A DNA stretch of 64,000 nt, taken from Chloroflexota bacterium (GTDB lineage: Bacteria > Chloroflexota > Dehalococcoidia > DSTF01 > RBG-16-68-14). Each line of letters begins with the position of its first letter. Within the stretch, counting starts at the first letter, position 1. The notes beneath the pieces were generated by a model. That model was not told the origin of the DNA. It saw nothing but the letters and a program-made list of their open reading frames with translations, and did no database searches. Shown here in pieces: positions 35,429 through 44,139 of this stretch. Both the position numbers and the translations under genes were made by a program. The DNA lies in assembly GCA_022562155.1 (NCBI GenBank), contig JADFPV010000002.1:9712-73711 (forward strand), written 5' to 3'.

Positions 35429-37333
35429 ATGGAACTCTTACGTGTTCAGAACGTCGTCAAAGACTACGGCCACGTGGCCGTCCTTGAGGACGTCTCCTTC
35501 AAAGTGACGTCTGGCCAGAAGTTGGGGCTCGTTGGCCCGAACGGGTCCGGAAAGACCTCGATCCTGCGCATGTTGGTAGGGGAGGAACCGGTCAGCGGTG
35601 GCGCGATCGTGCGCGCGCCCGGCCTGAAGCTTGGCTACGTGCCTCAACTGGTCGAACACAACGCGCAGAACAGGGTGATCGAAACCGTGCTGCGCGAGCA
35701 CGGCGAATTGGAGCGGAGGTTGCGTGACGCTGAGAGGCGGTTGGCGTCGGCGGCGAGCGGCGAACTCAGCGCTGTGGAACAATCATATGAGGCTGCGTCG
35801 CAGGCCTACGAGCAGGCCGGTGGCGATCGCGTGCCTTCACGGGCGATCGAGATGTTGGATTCACTGGGGCTGGCGGGTCGCAGCGAAGAGTTGGTCGGCA
35901 CGCTGTCTGGCGGCGAGAAGAACGTCCTCTCGCTTGTACGGGCTCTGCTTGCGGAGCCGGAGTTGTTGCTGCTGGACGAGCCGGCCAACCACCTGGACTT
36001 CGAGGGGCTGGCCTGGCTTGAGAGCTTCCTAGCGGGATATCGAGGCGCTGTGTTGATCGTTTCACACAATCGTTATCTGCTGGACCGCGTCGTCGACGAG
36101 ATTCTGCACCTAGAGGATGGACGCGTCAGGCAGTACACCGGGAACTACACATCGTACCGGACGACGTTGCTGCGCGAGAAGATATCGCAGGGGCGCGACT
36201 ACGTCGTGAACCAACGGCGGCTCGCGCAGTTGGAGGAGCTTGTCAAGCGCTTCGAGGTGATGGCGCGCCGTACTGGCGACGCGAAATGGGGCAAGCGCTT
36301 GCGGGCGCGGAGGTCTCAGCTCTCTCGCGAACGCGCGCAAGCAGTTGAGAAGCCGGCTGAGGAGTCGAGCTCTATGCGGCCGCGCGTCGATGAGGAGGCC
36401 AGTCACGCAGACATCGCCCTGCAGGTGCGAGGTTATAGCAAGGCGTTCGGTGCCCTGGTCCTTCTGGAAGATGCTGAGTTGCACATCGCGGCGGGCGAGC
36501 GTGTGGCATTGATCGGGCCGAACGGCAGCGGCAAGACGACGCTCCTCCGCGACGTGATGAAGCACGGTGCCTGGGATCATCCGACGATCCGGATCGGGCC
36601 GAGCCTGCGTGTCGGCTACTGCGCTCAGGAGCAGGAAGTACTCGATAACGACAGGACTGTCTTCAATCAGATTTTTGGCGACGGCAACATCACGCGCGAC
36701 GAGACGCACACGCTATTGGCTCGTTACATGTTCGGACCGGACGACTACGAGAAGCGCGTCGGCAGCCTCTCGGGAGGGGAGCGAAACCGTCTTCAGCTGG
36801 CGAAGGTGCTCAACAAGAACCCGAACTTTCTGATCTTGGACGAGCCGACGAACCATCTGGACATACCGGCGCGCGAGGCCATCGAGGAGGTGCTGGCCGA
36901 TTTCAAGGGCACGCTTCTTCTGGTGTCCCACGACCGCTACTTCCTGGACAAAGTCGCGGGGCGCGTCGTCGAGCTGCGGGACAGGAAGCTCGTCTCACAC
37001 ATTGGAAGCTTTTCTGAGTACTGGGCTGAGCAGCAGGCGGCGCTGCGGCCGGAACGCGCGCGGGCCACGACCCGTGGACGGCGCCGGGAGCGGGTCAGGC
37101 GCGTGAACCCGCAGGCGGAGGCGATGTCCCGCGAGCCGAGCGCGCTGGACCGACAGATCGCGGACGTCGAACGGGAGAAGATGGCGTTGGAGAAGCGCGT
37201 GTCCGAGGCGTTCACACGCGGCGATCATCGTGAGGGTTCGCGGATAGCCAACGAACTGGAGCGAAAGAGCGCCGAGCTGGAGCGGCTCTTCGCTCAGTGG
37301 GAGCGCGAACAGGCGCCTCCTTCGGAGGCCTAG
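35429..37333 (+). CDS. ABC-F family ATPase (two NBDs, no TMD; EttA/Uup-like translation/ribosome-associated factor)
   Basis: MELLRVQNVVKDYG...GPNGSGKTS...LSGGEKNVL...LLLDEPANHLD, then a linker, then GPNGSGKTT...LSGGERNRL...LILDEPTNHLD. The C-terminus has a coiled-coil with Arg/Glu. Start chosen at the ATG at 35429. Confidence 0.8.
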   Translation: MELLRVQNVVKDYGHVAVLEDVSFKVTSGQKLGLVGPNGSGKTSILRMLVGEEPVSGGAIVRAPGLKLGYVPQLVEHNAQNRVIETVLREHGELERRLRDAERRLASAASGELSAVEQSYEAASQAYEQAGGDRVPSRAIEMLDSLGLAGRSEELVGTLSGGEKNVLSLVRALLAEPELLLLDEPANHLDFEGLAWLESFLAGYRGAVLIVSHNRYLLDRVVDEILHLEDGRVRQYTGNYTSYRTTLLREKISQGRDYVVNQRRLAQLEELVKRFEVMARRTGDAKWGKRLRARRSQLSRERAQAVEKPAEESSSMRPRVDEEASHADIALQVRGYSKAFGALVLLEDAELHIAAGERVALIGPNGSGKTTLLRDVMKHGAWDHPTIRIGPSLRVGYCAQEQEVLDNDRTVFNQIFGDGNITRDETHTLLARYMFGPDDYEKRVGSLSGGERNRLQLAKVLNKNPNFLILDEPTNHLDIPAREAIEEVLADFKGTLLLVSHDRYFLDKVAGRVVELRDRKLVSHIGSFSEYWAEQQAALRPERARATTRGRRRERVRRVNPQAEAMSREPSALDRQIADVEREKMALEKRVSEAFTRGDHREGSRIANELERKSAELERLFAQWEREQAPPSEA

Positions 37334-37371
37334 GCGTCTACTTCGGAAACATAGCTCTTCAGGCGAACAAT

Positions 37372-37405
37372 GAAGAGAGAGGCCGGTCTCCCGGCCTCTC
37401 TCTTC
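37372..37405. terminator. Perfect 15-bp stem hairpin (bidirectional terminator)
   Basis: GAAGAGAGAGGCCGG-tctc-CCGGCCTCTCTCTTC, between the convergent ABC-F gene and the small basic protein gene. Confidence 0.7.
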
Positions 37406-37422
37406 TGTTACTCAACTACGAT

Positions 37423-37656
37423 TTAGCGGCGTGCCGCGGGCTTGCGCGCTGCGGGCTTGCGCGCTGTGGGCTTGCGCGCTGCGGGCTTGCGCGCTGCGGT
37501 CTTCGTGCGAGCGGGCGCCTTCCTCTTGGCAGGCGATCGCTTCGCGGCGGTCTTCGTGCGAGCGGCGGTCTTACGCGCTGCTGGCTTGCGTCGCGCGGTG
37601 GTCTTGCGAGCCGCGGTCTTACGCGCTGCTGGCTTGCGTCGTCTTTTCGCTGGCAT
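37423..37656 (-). CDS. Small, highly basic low-complexity protein (PAARK/TAARK repeats; histone H1/HupB-tail-like nucleoid protein candidate)
   Basis: 77 aa, about 45% Lys+Arg, with AARK(P/T) repeats. Strong ribosome-binding site AAGGAGGGA 6 nt before the ATG at 37656. The coding DNA is made of nested tandem repeats (15-bp unit GCGGGCTTGCGCGCT in 4 copies, plus a roughly 48-bp unit in 2 copies). Confidence 0.65.
   Translation of the reverse strand: MPAKRRRKPAARKTAARKTTARRKPAARKTAARTKTAAKRSPAKRKAPARTKTAARKPAARKPTARKPAARKPAARR
37436..37645. repeat. Nested tandem DNA repeats inside the small basic protein CDS
   Basis: 15-mer units at 37436-37495 (4 copies, one with a C-to-T change). GCGGTCTTACGCGCTGCTGGCTTGCGTCG occurs twice (about 37565 and 37613). 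Confidence 0.8.
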
Positions 37657-37806
37657 GTCGTTCCCTCCTTAGTGACTTCGTCCCGCAGTTGGTGACGCCC
37701 CTCTATATCACAAGGGCGCGAACAAAGCCAGTAGGTGATCGGGTTTGGTGTGATACACTCCGCGTGCTTTACGGCGTAACGGACACAACACATAAGGAGT
37801 TATTTC

Positions 37807-39444
37807 ATGGCCGCAAACGATTTCGGGCAGATTAGTGATGACTGGATCGCTGCGACGCTGGAGCACCGACCGGAGGGTGCGACACGCCTGGGCTTCCACG
37901 AGCACGACGCGCGGCTGGGCGATCGCAGTCGCGCCGCTGTCGATGCGCGCGCGTCGCAGTTACGCGCGTCGTTGAAGTCGCTGGAGCGTGTCGAAACGTC
38001 GACGCTGTCGCGCGAGGAGCAGGCCGATCACGAGTTGCTCCGACGTCGCACGCAATGGGAGCTGATCACGATCGAAGACCTCCAGCAGTGGCGTAGATCG
38101 CCGGGCGGTTACCTCGGATCGATAGGCGGGGGTTGCAATGGGCTGATCATCAGGAAGTTTGCGCCGTTGGAAGAACGCGCCCGGAGCCTCGTGTCGCGGC
38201 TGAAGGCGGTACCGGAAGTCCTGGCGCATGGAAGAGAAAACCTGGACGACTGCCCACGCGTGCATGTCGAAACCGCGATCGAACAGGCGGCGGGACTCAA
38301 GCTGTTGTTCCAACGCGATCTCCCGAACGCTTTGTCGGAACTCGATGACGCATCGCTTAAGTCGGCGTTCGACGATGCGGTCGCGACGGCGACTGAGGCG
38401 ATGGACGGCTTTGCCGCATGGCTCAAGGACGACCTGCTGCCACGCTCCGACGGGGACTTTCGCTACGGTGAGGAGCGGTTCAAGCAACTGCTCTCGCTGG
38501 CGGACTTCGTCGATATACCGCTCGACCAGCTAGAGAAGCGCGCGCGCGACGACCTGAAAGCGACGCAGGCGAGGCTCGCCGAGCTGGCAGGACAGATCGA
38601 CGCGTCGAAAACTCCAGCGGAGGTCGTCGACGAGATTTCGCAGAACCACCCGACGCCAGAACGGCTCATTCCAGACACAGCAGCGTTGCTTGAGGATCTG
38701 CGCCAGTTCTCGATCGAAAGCGGCATGGCGTCGATGCCGACCGAGGTGCGCATCGAGGTGACGGAGACGCCTTCGTTCGCGCGCAGCACCACACAGGCCG
38801 CGTGCAGCACGCCGGGCGCCTTCGAGAAGGTGGCGACGGAGGCGTACTACTATGTGACTCCGCCGGACGATTCGTGGCCGGCGGAGCGGACCGAGGCTTA
38901 TCTCAAGTTTTTCAACTCGTACAGCCTGCCCGGGATCACGGCGCATGAAGCCTATCCGGGGCACTACGTTCACATCTCCTGGCTCCGCCACGCTCCCGGC
39001 AAGCTGCCGCACTTTCTGCTGACGACGACGGCTGTGGAAGGCTGGGCGCACTACATCGAACAGGTGCTCGTCGAGGAGGGGTACGGCGACGGCGACCCGC
39101 GCTATGAGGTGATGCAGCTACGCGAGGCGCTGTTGCGCCTATGCCGCTATCTCTGTTCGTTCGGACTGCACACGCAGGGGTGGAGCATCGATGAGACGAT
39201 CGCGTTCTTCGAGCGTGAGGGCTACGCGACGAAGCCGATTGCGGAGCGCGAGGCGCGGCGCGGCGTGATGGGCCCGGGCTACTACGCCTACACGCTTGGG
39301 AAGCACGAGATCCTGGCACTGCGCGACAAGCTGAAGGCAAAGCAGGGCAGTGCCTACAACCAATTAGCGTTCCACGACGCGTTCATGAAGCTGCCGTACC
39401 CGGTGTCGATTTTAGAATCGATGCTGGTTAGCCCTTCGGGCTAG
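37807..39444 (+). CDS. DUF885 family protein (putative metallopeptidase-like, bacterial)
   Basis: ...ITAHEAYPGHYVHISW... matches the HEAxPGHH(l/v)Q core of DUF885. AAGGAG ribosome-binding site 7 nt upstream. 545 aa. Confidence 0.65.
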   Translation: MAANDFGQISDDWIAATLEHRPEGATRLGFHEHDARLGDRSRAAVDARASQLRASLKSLERVETSTLSREEQADHELLRRRTQWELITIEDLQQWRRSPGGYLGSIGGGCNGLIIRKFAPLEERARSLVSRLKAVPEVLAHGRENLDDCPRVHVETAIEQAAGLKLLFQRDLPNALSELDDASLKSAFDDAVATATEAMDGFAAWLKDDLLPRSDGDFRYGEERFKQLLSLADFVDIPLDQLEKRARDDLKATQARLAELAGQIDASKTPAEVVDEISQNHPTPERLIPDTAALLEDLRQFSIESGMASMPTEVRIEVTETPSFARSTTQAACSTPGAFEKVATEAYYYVTPPDDSWPAERTEAYLKFFNSYSLPGITAHEAYPGHYVHISWLRHAPGKLPHFLLTTTAVEGWAHYIEQVLVEEGYGDGDPRYEVMQLREALLRLCRYLCSFGLHTQGWSIDETIAFFEREGYATKPIAEREARRGVMGPGYYAYTLGKHEILALRDKLKAKQGSAYNQLAFHDAFMKLPYPVSILESMLVSPSG

Positions 39445-39448
39445 CTTG

Positions 39449-39467
39449 GCAGTTTTTTGCAAACTGC
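39449..39467. terminator. Stem-loop GCAGTTT-tttgca-AACTGC (REP-like family member), plus CAGGCT-ga-AGCCTG at 39479-39493
   Basis: Lies between the convergent stops at 39444 and 39516. Confidence 0.5.
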
Positions 39468-39515
39468 AGGGCGTATTGTCAGGCTGAAGCCTGACCCGCA
39501 GATGTCGTGAGCGCG

Positions 39516-39980
39516 CTAAAGCGAGAGGTCCATCCGGCGGTGCTCGATGTTGGCGTCGAGAAAGACGTCGCCGCTAGCGACGTAGCCGAGGCTTTCATAG
39601 AACGGAATCGCGTGTAGCTGCGCGCCTAACCTCAGTTTGGTATAGGCTCGCCTGCGGGCTTCGTCGTGCAGAGCCAGCATGAACAATCTGCCGTAGCCCT
39701 TGCCGCGTAGCTCTTTCAGGACTGCCACTCTCCCGATGTGGGCGTCGGCGTCTGAGGCCGTATCCGGCATGAGGCGGCCCGTGACGACGGGTTTGCCATT
39801 TAGGTAGCCGGTCATTTGGACCACTTCGCCGAGCCAGCCGCCGTCACGGTCGTGTCCGTCGATCTCCTCATCTTCGGAGACGTTCTGCTCATCGATAAAG
39901 ACGGCGCGGCGTATCGAAAGCGCATCGTCCATGTCGGCCTGGGTCTCGACGCGGCGAATCTCCAACTGCATGTGAGCCAT
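39516..39980 (-). CDS. GNAT family N-acetyltransferase
   Basis: An acetyl-CoA binding motif region (RGKGYGRLFM) in a roughly 150-aa GNAT fold. Confidence 0.75.
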   Translation of the reverse strand: MAHMQLEIRRVETQADMDDALSIRRAVFIDEQNVSEDEEIDGHDRDGGWLGEVVQMTGYLNGKPVVTGRLMPDTASDADAHIGRVAVLKELRGKGYGRLFMLALHDEARRRAYTKLRLGAQLHAIPFYESLGYVASGDVFLDANIEHRRMDLSL

Positions 39981-40036
39981 GATAGCGCTCGCTCTACGAG
40001 CCGTGCGCTAGTATGACGCGGGATGGGAGAAAACGC

Positions 40037-41125
40037 ATGAAGCTCGCAGAGATTCCGACGCCGGCGCTCGTGGTAGACCTCGCCGCGATGGACCGGAACA
40101 TAAAGCGCATGGCCGATTTCTTCGCCGGTGGCTCGTGCAGGGTCCGACCCCACTTCAAGGCGCACAAGACGCCGGCCATCGCGAAGCGGCAGCTCGCCGC
40201 CGGCTCCTGCAGCGGGCTGACATGCGCGACGGTCGGCGAGGCCGAAGTGGTCGTCGACGAGGGGCTGACGGACGACGTTTTGATCGCGAATCAGGTTGTC
40301 GGGCCGGGTAAGGCCGTGCGCGTAGCGAAGTTGGCAAAGAGCTGCGATATGAAGGTGGCAGTCGATTCCGAATTTGGGCTAAACGACCTGGCGCAGGCGG
40401 CACGAGCGGCCGGCGTCGACATTGGTGTGCTGGTCGACGTGAACGTCGGGCTGCCGCGCTGCGGCATCGCGCCGGGCGCGTCGGCGCTCGAGTTGGCGAA
40501 GCTGATCGATTCGACGGACGGCGTGACGCTGCGCGGTATGATGGGCTACGAGGGTCACGTTGTCGGTATCGAGGACCGGGCCGAGCGCGAACCGCGTGCG
40601 ACGAAAGCTATGGGCCGCCTGTTGGAGTCGGTGAAGATGGTGCGGGAGGCGGGTCTGCCGTGCGAGATCGTCAGCGCAGGCGGGACGGGCACGTACGACA
40701 TCACGGGCGGGATGGAGGGCGTTACCGAAATCCAGGCTGGCTCCTACGCGCTCATGGACACGGCCTATGCCAAGTTGGACATCCCGTTCGAGAAAGCCTT
40801 TAGCGTGCTGGGCACCGTGCTTAGCCGCCCGCGCCCGGACCAATGCGCGGCTGACTCCGGACACAAGGCGACGACGCAAGACCATGGTAACCCGGACGTA
40901 AAGGGCATCGACGGCGCTTCCGTGATGTTCCTGAGCGACGAGCACGCGACGATCGCGCTGCCGCCAGAAAGTACGATCGCAGTGGGCGATCCGATCGAGC
41001 TGTGGCCATCCCACATCGACCCCACGATCAACTTACACGACGTGATGTATGCCGTTGAGGACGATGAGGTGGTCGAGGTCTGGCCGATCTCAGCCCGCGG
41101 CTACTTGGAGCAACGCCGACGATGA
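40037..41125 (+). CDS. DSD1-family PLP-dependent enzyme (alanine racemase N-terminal fold; D-serine deaminase/D-threonine aldolase-like)
   Basis: MKLAEIPTPALVVDLAAMDRNIKRMADFF...RVRPHFKAHKTPAIAKRQ (the PLP Lys in the HFKAHK motif). Start at the ATG at 40037. Confidence 0.75.
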   Translation: MKLAEIPTPALVVDLAAMDRNIKRMADFFAGGSCRVRPHFKAHKTPAIAKRQLAAGSCSGLTCATVGEAEVVVDEGLTDDVLIANQVVGPGKAVRVAKLAKSCDMKVAVDSEFGLNDLAQAARAAGVDIGVLVDVNVGLPRCGIAPGASALELAKLIDSTDGVTLRGMMGYEGHVVGIEDRAEREPRATKAMGRLLESVKMVREAGLPCEIVSAGGTGTYDITGGMEGVTEIQAGSYALMDTAYAKLDIPFEKAFSVLGTVLSRPRPDQCAADSGHKATTQDHGNPDVKGIDGASVMFLSDEHATIALPPESTIAVGDPIELWPSHIDPTINLHDVMYAVEDDEVVEVWPISARGYLEQRRR

Positions 41126-42228
41126 GCGGGCAACAGATGCCGAAGAACTCGGACGAGATCACGGCGGAGTGGCTGAACGAAGTCTTGGACGACTCGGTCA
41201 CCGGCGGCGCTAGGATCTCGTCGATCGACAAGGAAATTATTGGTGAAGGTGCGGGCTTCATCGGCGAGTTGACGCGTTTGACGCTCACTTACGACGCCGC
41301 CGCCGCCGCCGCTGCGCCCGCCTCGCTCATTGCGAAGCTGCCAACACGCGACGAGGCGTTTCGCAACTTAGCGAACATGATTAACCTGTATCAGCGCGAG
41401 ATTCGCTTCTACGAACAGATTGCGGACGACGTTCCCATCCGGACACCAAGGATGTACTTCAGCCACTCCGATAGCGCGACTGGGGATCACGTTCTGCTGT
41501 TGGAGGACCTCGCGCCTGGCCGTGTGGGCGACCAGTTAGCGACGTGTTCGATCGACGAAGCGAAGCTGGCCCTCCAGACGTTGGCCAAGCTCCACGCGAA
41601 GTTCTGGAACAGCCCGCGCCTAGAGGAGTTCGAGTGGATGCCTGGAGTGGACGATCCGATGCTGATAGGACTGATCTCAATGCTGTATGAGCAATCGTGG
41701 CCGATCTTTATCGAACGTTACGGCGATCAGGTTCCCCCAGAGATTCTTCCCATCGGAGAGAAGTTCGGACAGTCCTTCACCGAGCTTGCTAAAGAGTTAG
41801 AGGGCAGACCGCTAACGATCACGCATGCCGACTATCGGCTCGACAATATGTTCTTCGATCTCGCCGACGGCAGCCCGATCGCCATCATCGACTGGCAGCT
41901 CGCCCAGCGCGGACCTGCGATGGGCGACGTGGCGTATTTTCTCGCGGGCAACCTGACGACGGAGGTGCGCAAGGAGCATCAGGACGACCTGGTGCGAGTC
42001 TACTATGACGCGCTCGTCGAACGCGGAGTCGAAGGGTACGAATACGAGACATGTGCGGAGGACTATCGAGGCGCGGCGCTGTTCCTATTCATCTTCCTGG
42101 TGACCAGCCAGGAGAGCTTGAACATCGAGGAGTATAACGAGCGCGCCCAGGAGCTGTTCGAGACGATGTTCGACCGCTATGCGGCGGCAATTCTGGACCT
42201 GAACGCGGCCGAGTTCCTGCCGGAGTAG
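41122..42228 (+). CDS. Phosphotransferase-family protein (APH/CHK kinase-like fold)
   Basis: ...ITHADYRLDNMFFDLADGSPIAIIDWQLAQRGPAMGDVAYFL (Brenner motif HxDxxxxN plus the DWQ metal-binding D). ATGA overlap with the upstream gene. 368 aa. Confidence 0.7.
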   Translation: MSGQQMPKNSDEITAEWLNEVLDDSVTGGARISSIDKEIIGEGAGFIGELTRLTLTYDAAAAAAAPASLIAKLPTRDEAFRNLANMINLYQREIRFYEQIADDVPIRTPRMYFSHSDSATGDHVLLLEDLAPGRVGDQLATCSIDEAKLALQTLAKLHAKFWNSPRLEEFEWMPGVDDPMLIGLISMLYEQSWPIFIERYGDQVPPEILPIGEKFGQSFTELAKELEGRPLTITHADYRLDNMFFDLADGSPIAIIDWQLAQRGPAMGDVAYFLAGNLTTEVRKEHQDDLVRVYYDALVERGVEGYEYETCAEDYRGAALFLFIFLVTSQESLNIEEYNERAQELFETMFDRYAAAILDLNAAEFLPE

Positions 42229-42231
42229 TGC

Positions 42232-43602
42232 GTGCGCGCATTGCTAATTGGTTTCGCGTTCAGCACAGCGTTCGTACTGCTTCTTCCCGCCCAGGCGACT
42301 GCTAGCGCCAACGTCGTCGCACTGAGCGGCGGCGGGAGCCATACGTGCGCGTTAACCGAGGGCCGCAGCATTCTTTGCTGGGGACTGAACGCTGACGGAC
42401 AGCTTGGTGACGGCACGAACGATTCCAGCTCCCTTCCTGTGGATGTAGCCGGGCTAGATGAGGGCGTTTCTGGGGTGAGCGCGGGTCTAACGCACACGTG
42501 CGCCGTAACGACAACCGGTATTGCACGCTGCTGGGGCGAGAACGGCGGCCGCTTGGGCAATGGAAGCGAGGAAGCGAGCGCGGTACCGGTGGACGTTTGT
42601 GCAGACGCGACGTGCTCCTCAGCGCTCAACAACGTCGCTTCTATTGCCGCCGGAGGCTTTCATAGCTGCGCGGTGCTGAATGATGGAACGGTGCTCTGCT
42701 GGGGCAACGACGAAGATGGACAACTCGGTGACGGGACAACGATGGACTCGCTCACGCCGGTTGTTGTGTCCGGCTTGGCGGACGTCTCGGCGGTGTCGCT
42801 CGGAACGTCATCGAGCTGCGCGCTGACCAACGCGGGAGCCGTGTTCTGCTGGGGCTCGAACGTCGAGGGCCAGATCGGAGACGACCGCGCCTGTGGCATG
42901 CGCTGTCCGCTGCCGCAGCTAGTCTCGGGTTTGGAGAGCGCTGTGGCGCAGGTCAGCGTCGGTGGCCTGCACGCCTGCGCGCTGACAGGGCTTGGCGCGG
43001 TGCTTTGTTGGGGCTTCAACTTCGACGGCCAGGTGGGCGATGGAACCGAGGATAACATCCGCATTGTGCCGACGCAGGTGTTCGGTCTGGAGGGCGGCGT
43101 TGACGCAGTGAGTGTCGGCGGCAGGTTCCGGGGTCATGGCTGTGCGCTATTGAACAGTGGAACGCTGCGCTGCTGGGGAGACAACGACTCGGGTCAGGTA
43201 GGGGACGGCAGTACGGACGATCGCATTGCACCCGTGGTGGTTCCCGAACTGGAAGGCGTTGTAAGCATTGCTGCAGGCGATGCTCACATGTGTGCGATTA
43301 CGAACGGGAGTGATATTCTGTGCTGGGGGAGCAACAGCGCTGGGCAGTTCGGCGACGGAATGACGGATGATAGCCTGACACCGGTTCTCGTCGTGCCGGG
43401 CAAGACTCCGGCATCTGTTATTGGGGATGCGAACTGTGACGGTGACATCACAAGCATCGACGCGGCTCTGATCTTGCAGTTCACAGCAGGCATTCTGGGC
43501 GACCTCCCGTGTAACGCCGACGCGAATGGCGATGGGAACACCGACGCGATCGACGCGGCGTTGGTGTTGCAGTTTACGGCTGGACTGCTGGAGAGTTTGT
43601 AG
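42232..43602 (+). CDS. Secreted RCC1-repeat (beta-propeller) protein with a C-terminal dockerin-like module
   Basis: GTG start at 42232. Signal peptide LLIGFAFSTAFVLLLPAQATASA. About 7 repeats of HTCAL/HSCAV...G.(V/I)(L/F)CWG.N..GQLGDG.. (the RCC1 signature). The C-terminus has two calcium-binding-like segments, DANCDGDITSIDAALILQF and DANGDGNTDAIDAALVLQF (dockerin type I-like). Confidence 0.75.
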   Translation: MRALLIGFAFSTAFVLLLPAQATASANVVALSGGGSHTCALTEGRSILCWGLNADGQLGDGTNDSSSLPVDVAGLDEGVSGVSAGLTHTCAVTTTGIARCWGENGGRLGNGSEEASAVPVDVCADATCSSALNNVASIAAGGFHSCAVLNDGTVLCWGNDEDGQLGDGTTMDSLTPVVVSGLADVSAVSLGTSSSCALTNAGAVFCWGSNVEGQIGDDRACGMRCPLPQLVSGLESAVAQVSVGGLHACALTGLGAVLCWGFNFDGQVGDGTEDNIRIVPTQVFGLEGGVDAVSVGGRFRGHGCALLNSGTLRCWGDNDSGQVGDGSTDDRIAPVVVPELEGVVSIAAGDAHMCAITNGSDILCWGSNSAGQFGDGMTDDSLTPVLVVPGKTPASVIGDANCDGDITSIDAALILQFTAGILGDLPCNADANGDGNTDAIDAALVLQFTAGLLESL

Positions 43603-43613
43603 AGGGAAGATGC

Positions 43614-44054
43614 ATGGGTGTCGACGCATCCGCAGAGATTGTCATCAACAAGCCACGCGGCGAAGTGGCCGCGTTCGCGTCGGATCCTGACAACGACCCA
43701 ACGTGGATCGGTGGCATCGTCGAGGCGAAGACAGTGACCGACCCGCCGTTTGGCGTCGGTACCAAGGTCGCTCGCGTCGCGTCGTTCCTCGGCCGAAAAA
43801 TGCACTACACGCCAGAAGTGGTCGAGTACGAGTCCAGCGCGCTCGTCGCGATGAGCACCGACCAGCCCTTCCCGATGACGATCCGCTACACATTTGCGGA
43901 CGCAGACGGCGGCACCAAGATGACGATTCGTGTGCGGGGTGACGGCGGCGGCTTCTACAAGGTTACGGCCCCGCTGCTGGGCATGATGGTGAAGCGGAAC
44001 GTCTCGAAGGACCTGGAGCGCCTGAAGGTACTGTTGGAGTCCGGGCGCCGCTAG
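43614..44054 (+). CDS. SRPBCC family protein (polyketide cyclase/dehydrase-like, START/Bet v1 fold)
   Basis: 146 aa. The N-terminal ...AEIVINKPRGEVAAFASDPDNDPTWI... pattern is typical of the SRPBCC/polyketide_cyc2 family. Confidence 0.6.
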   Translation: MGVDASAEIVINKPRGEVAAFASDPDNDPTWIGGIVEAKTVTDPPFGVGTKVARVASFLGRKMHYTPEVVEYESSALVAMSTDQPFPMTIRYTFADADGGTKMTIRVRGDGGGFYKVTAPLLGMMVKRNVSKDLERLKVLLESGRR

Positions 44055-44065
44055 GCGGCGCCTAG

Positions 44066-44084
44066 GCAGTTCCTTCGGAACTGC
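44066..44084. terminator. Stem-loop GCAGTTCC-TTCG-GAACTGC (REP-like family)
   Basis: Lies right after the stop at 44054. Confidence 0.55.
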
Positions 44085-44139
44085 GGGTGGCGTGGCTGGT
44101 ATGCTGCTATGGAACGCATGCTGACAAATAGGAGGGCAC

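Noticed and set aside
37431-37645. Possible CRISPR array (short direct repeats)
   Set aside because: The repeats are contiguous tandem units of 15 bp and about 48 bp without unique spacers. They lie inside a small CDS with a strong ribosome-binding site that encodes an AARK-repeat protein, and no cas genes are nearby.
44051-44066. Palindrome CTAGGCGGCGCCTAG after the SRPBCC gene
   Set aside because: It is imperfect at the centre (CGGCG versus CGCCG). The adjacent GCAGTTCC-TTCG-GAACTGC hairpin is the real structured element.
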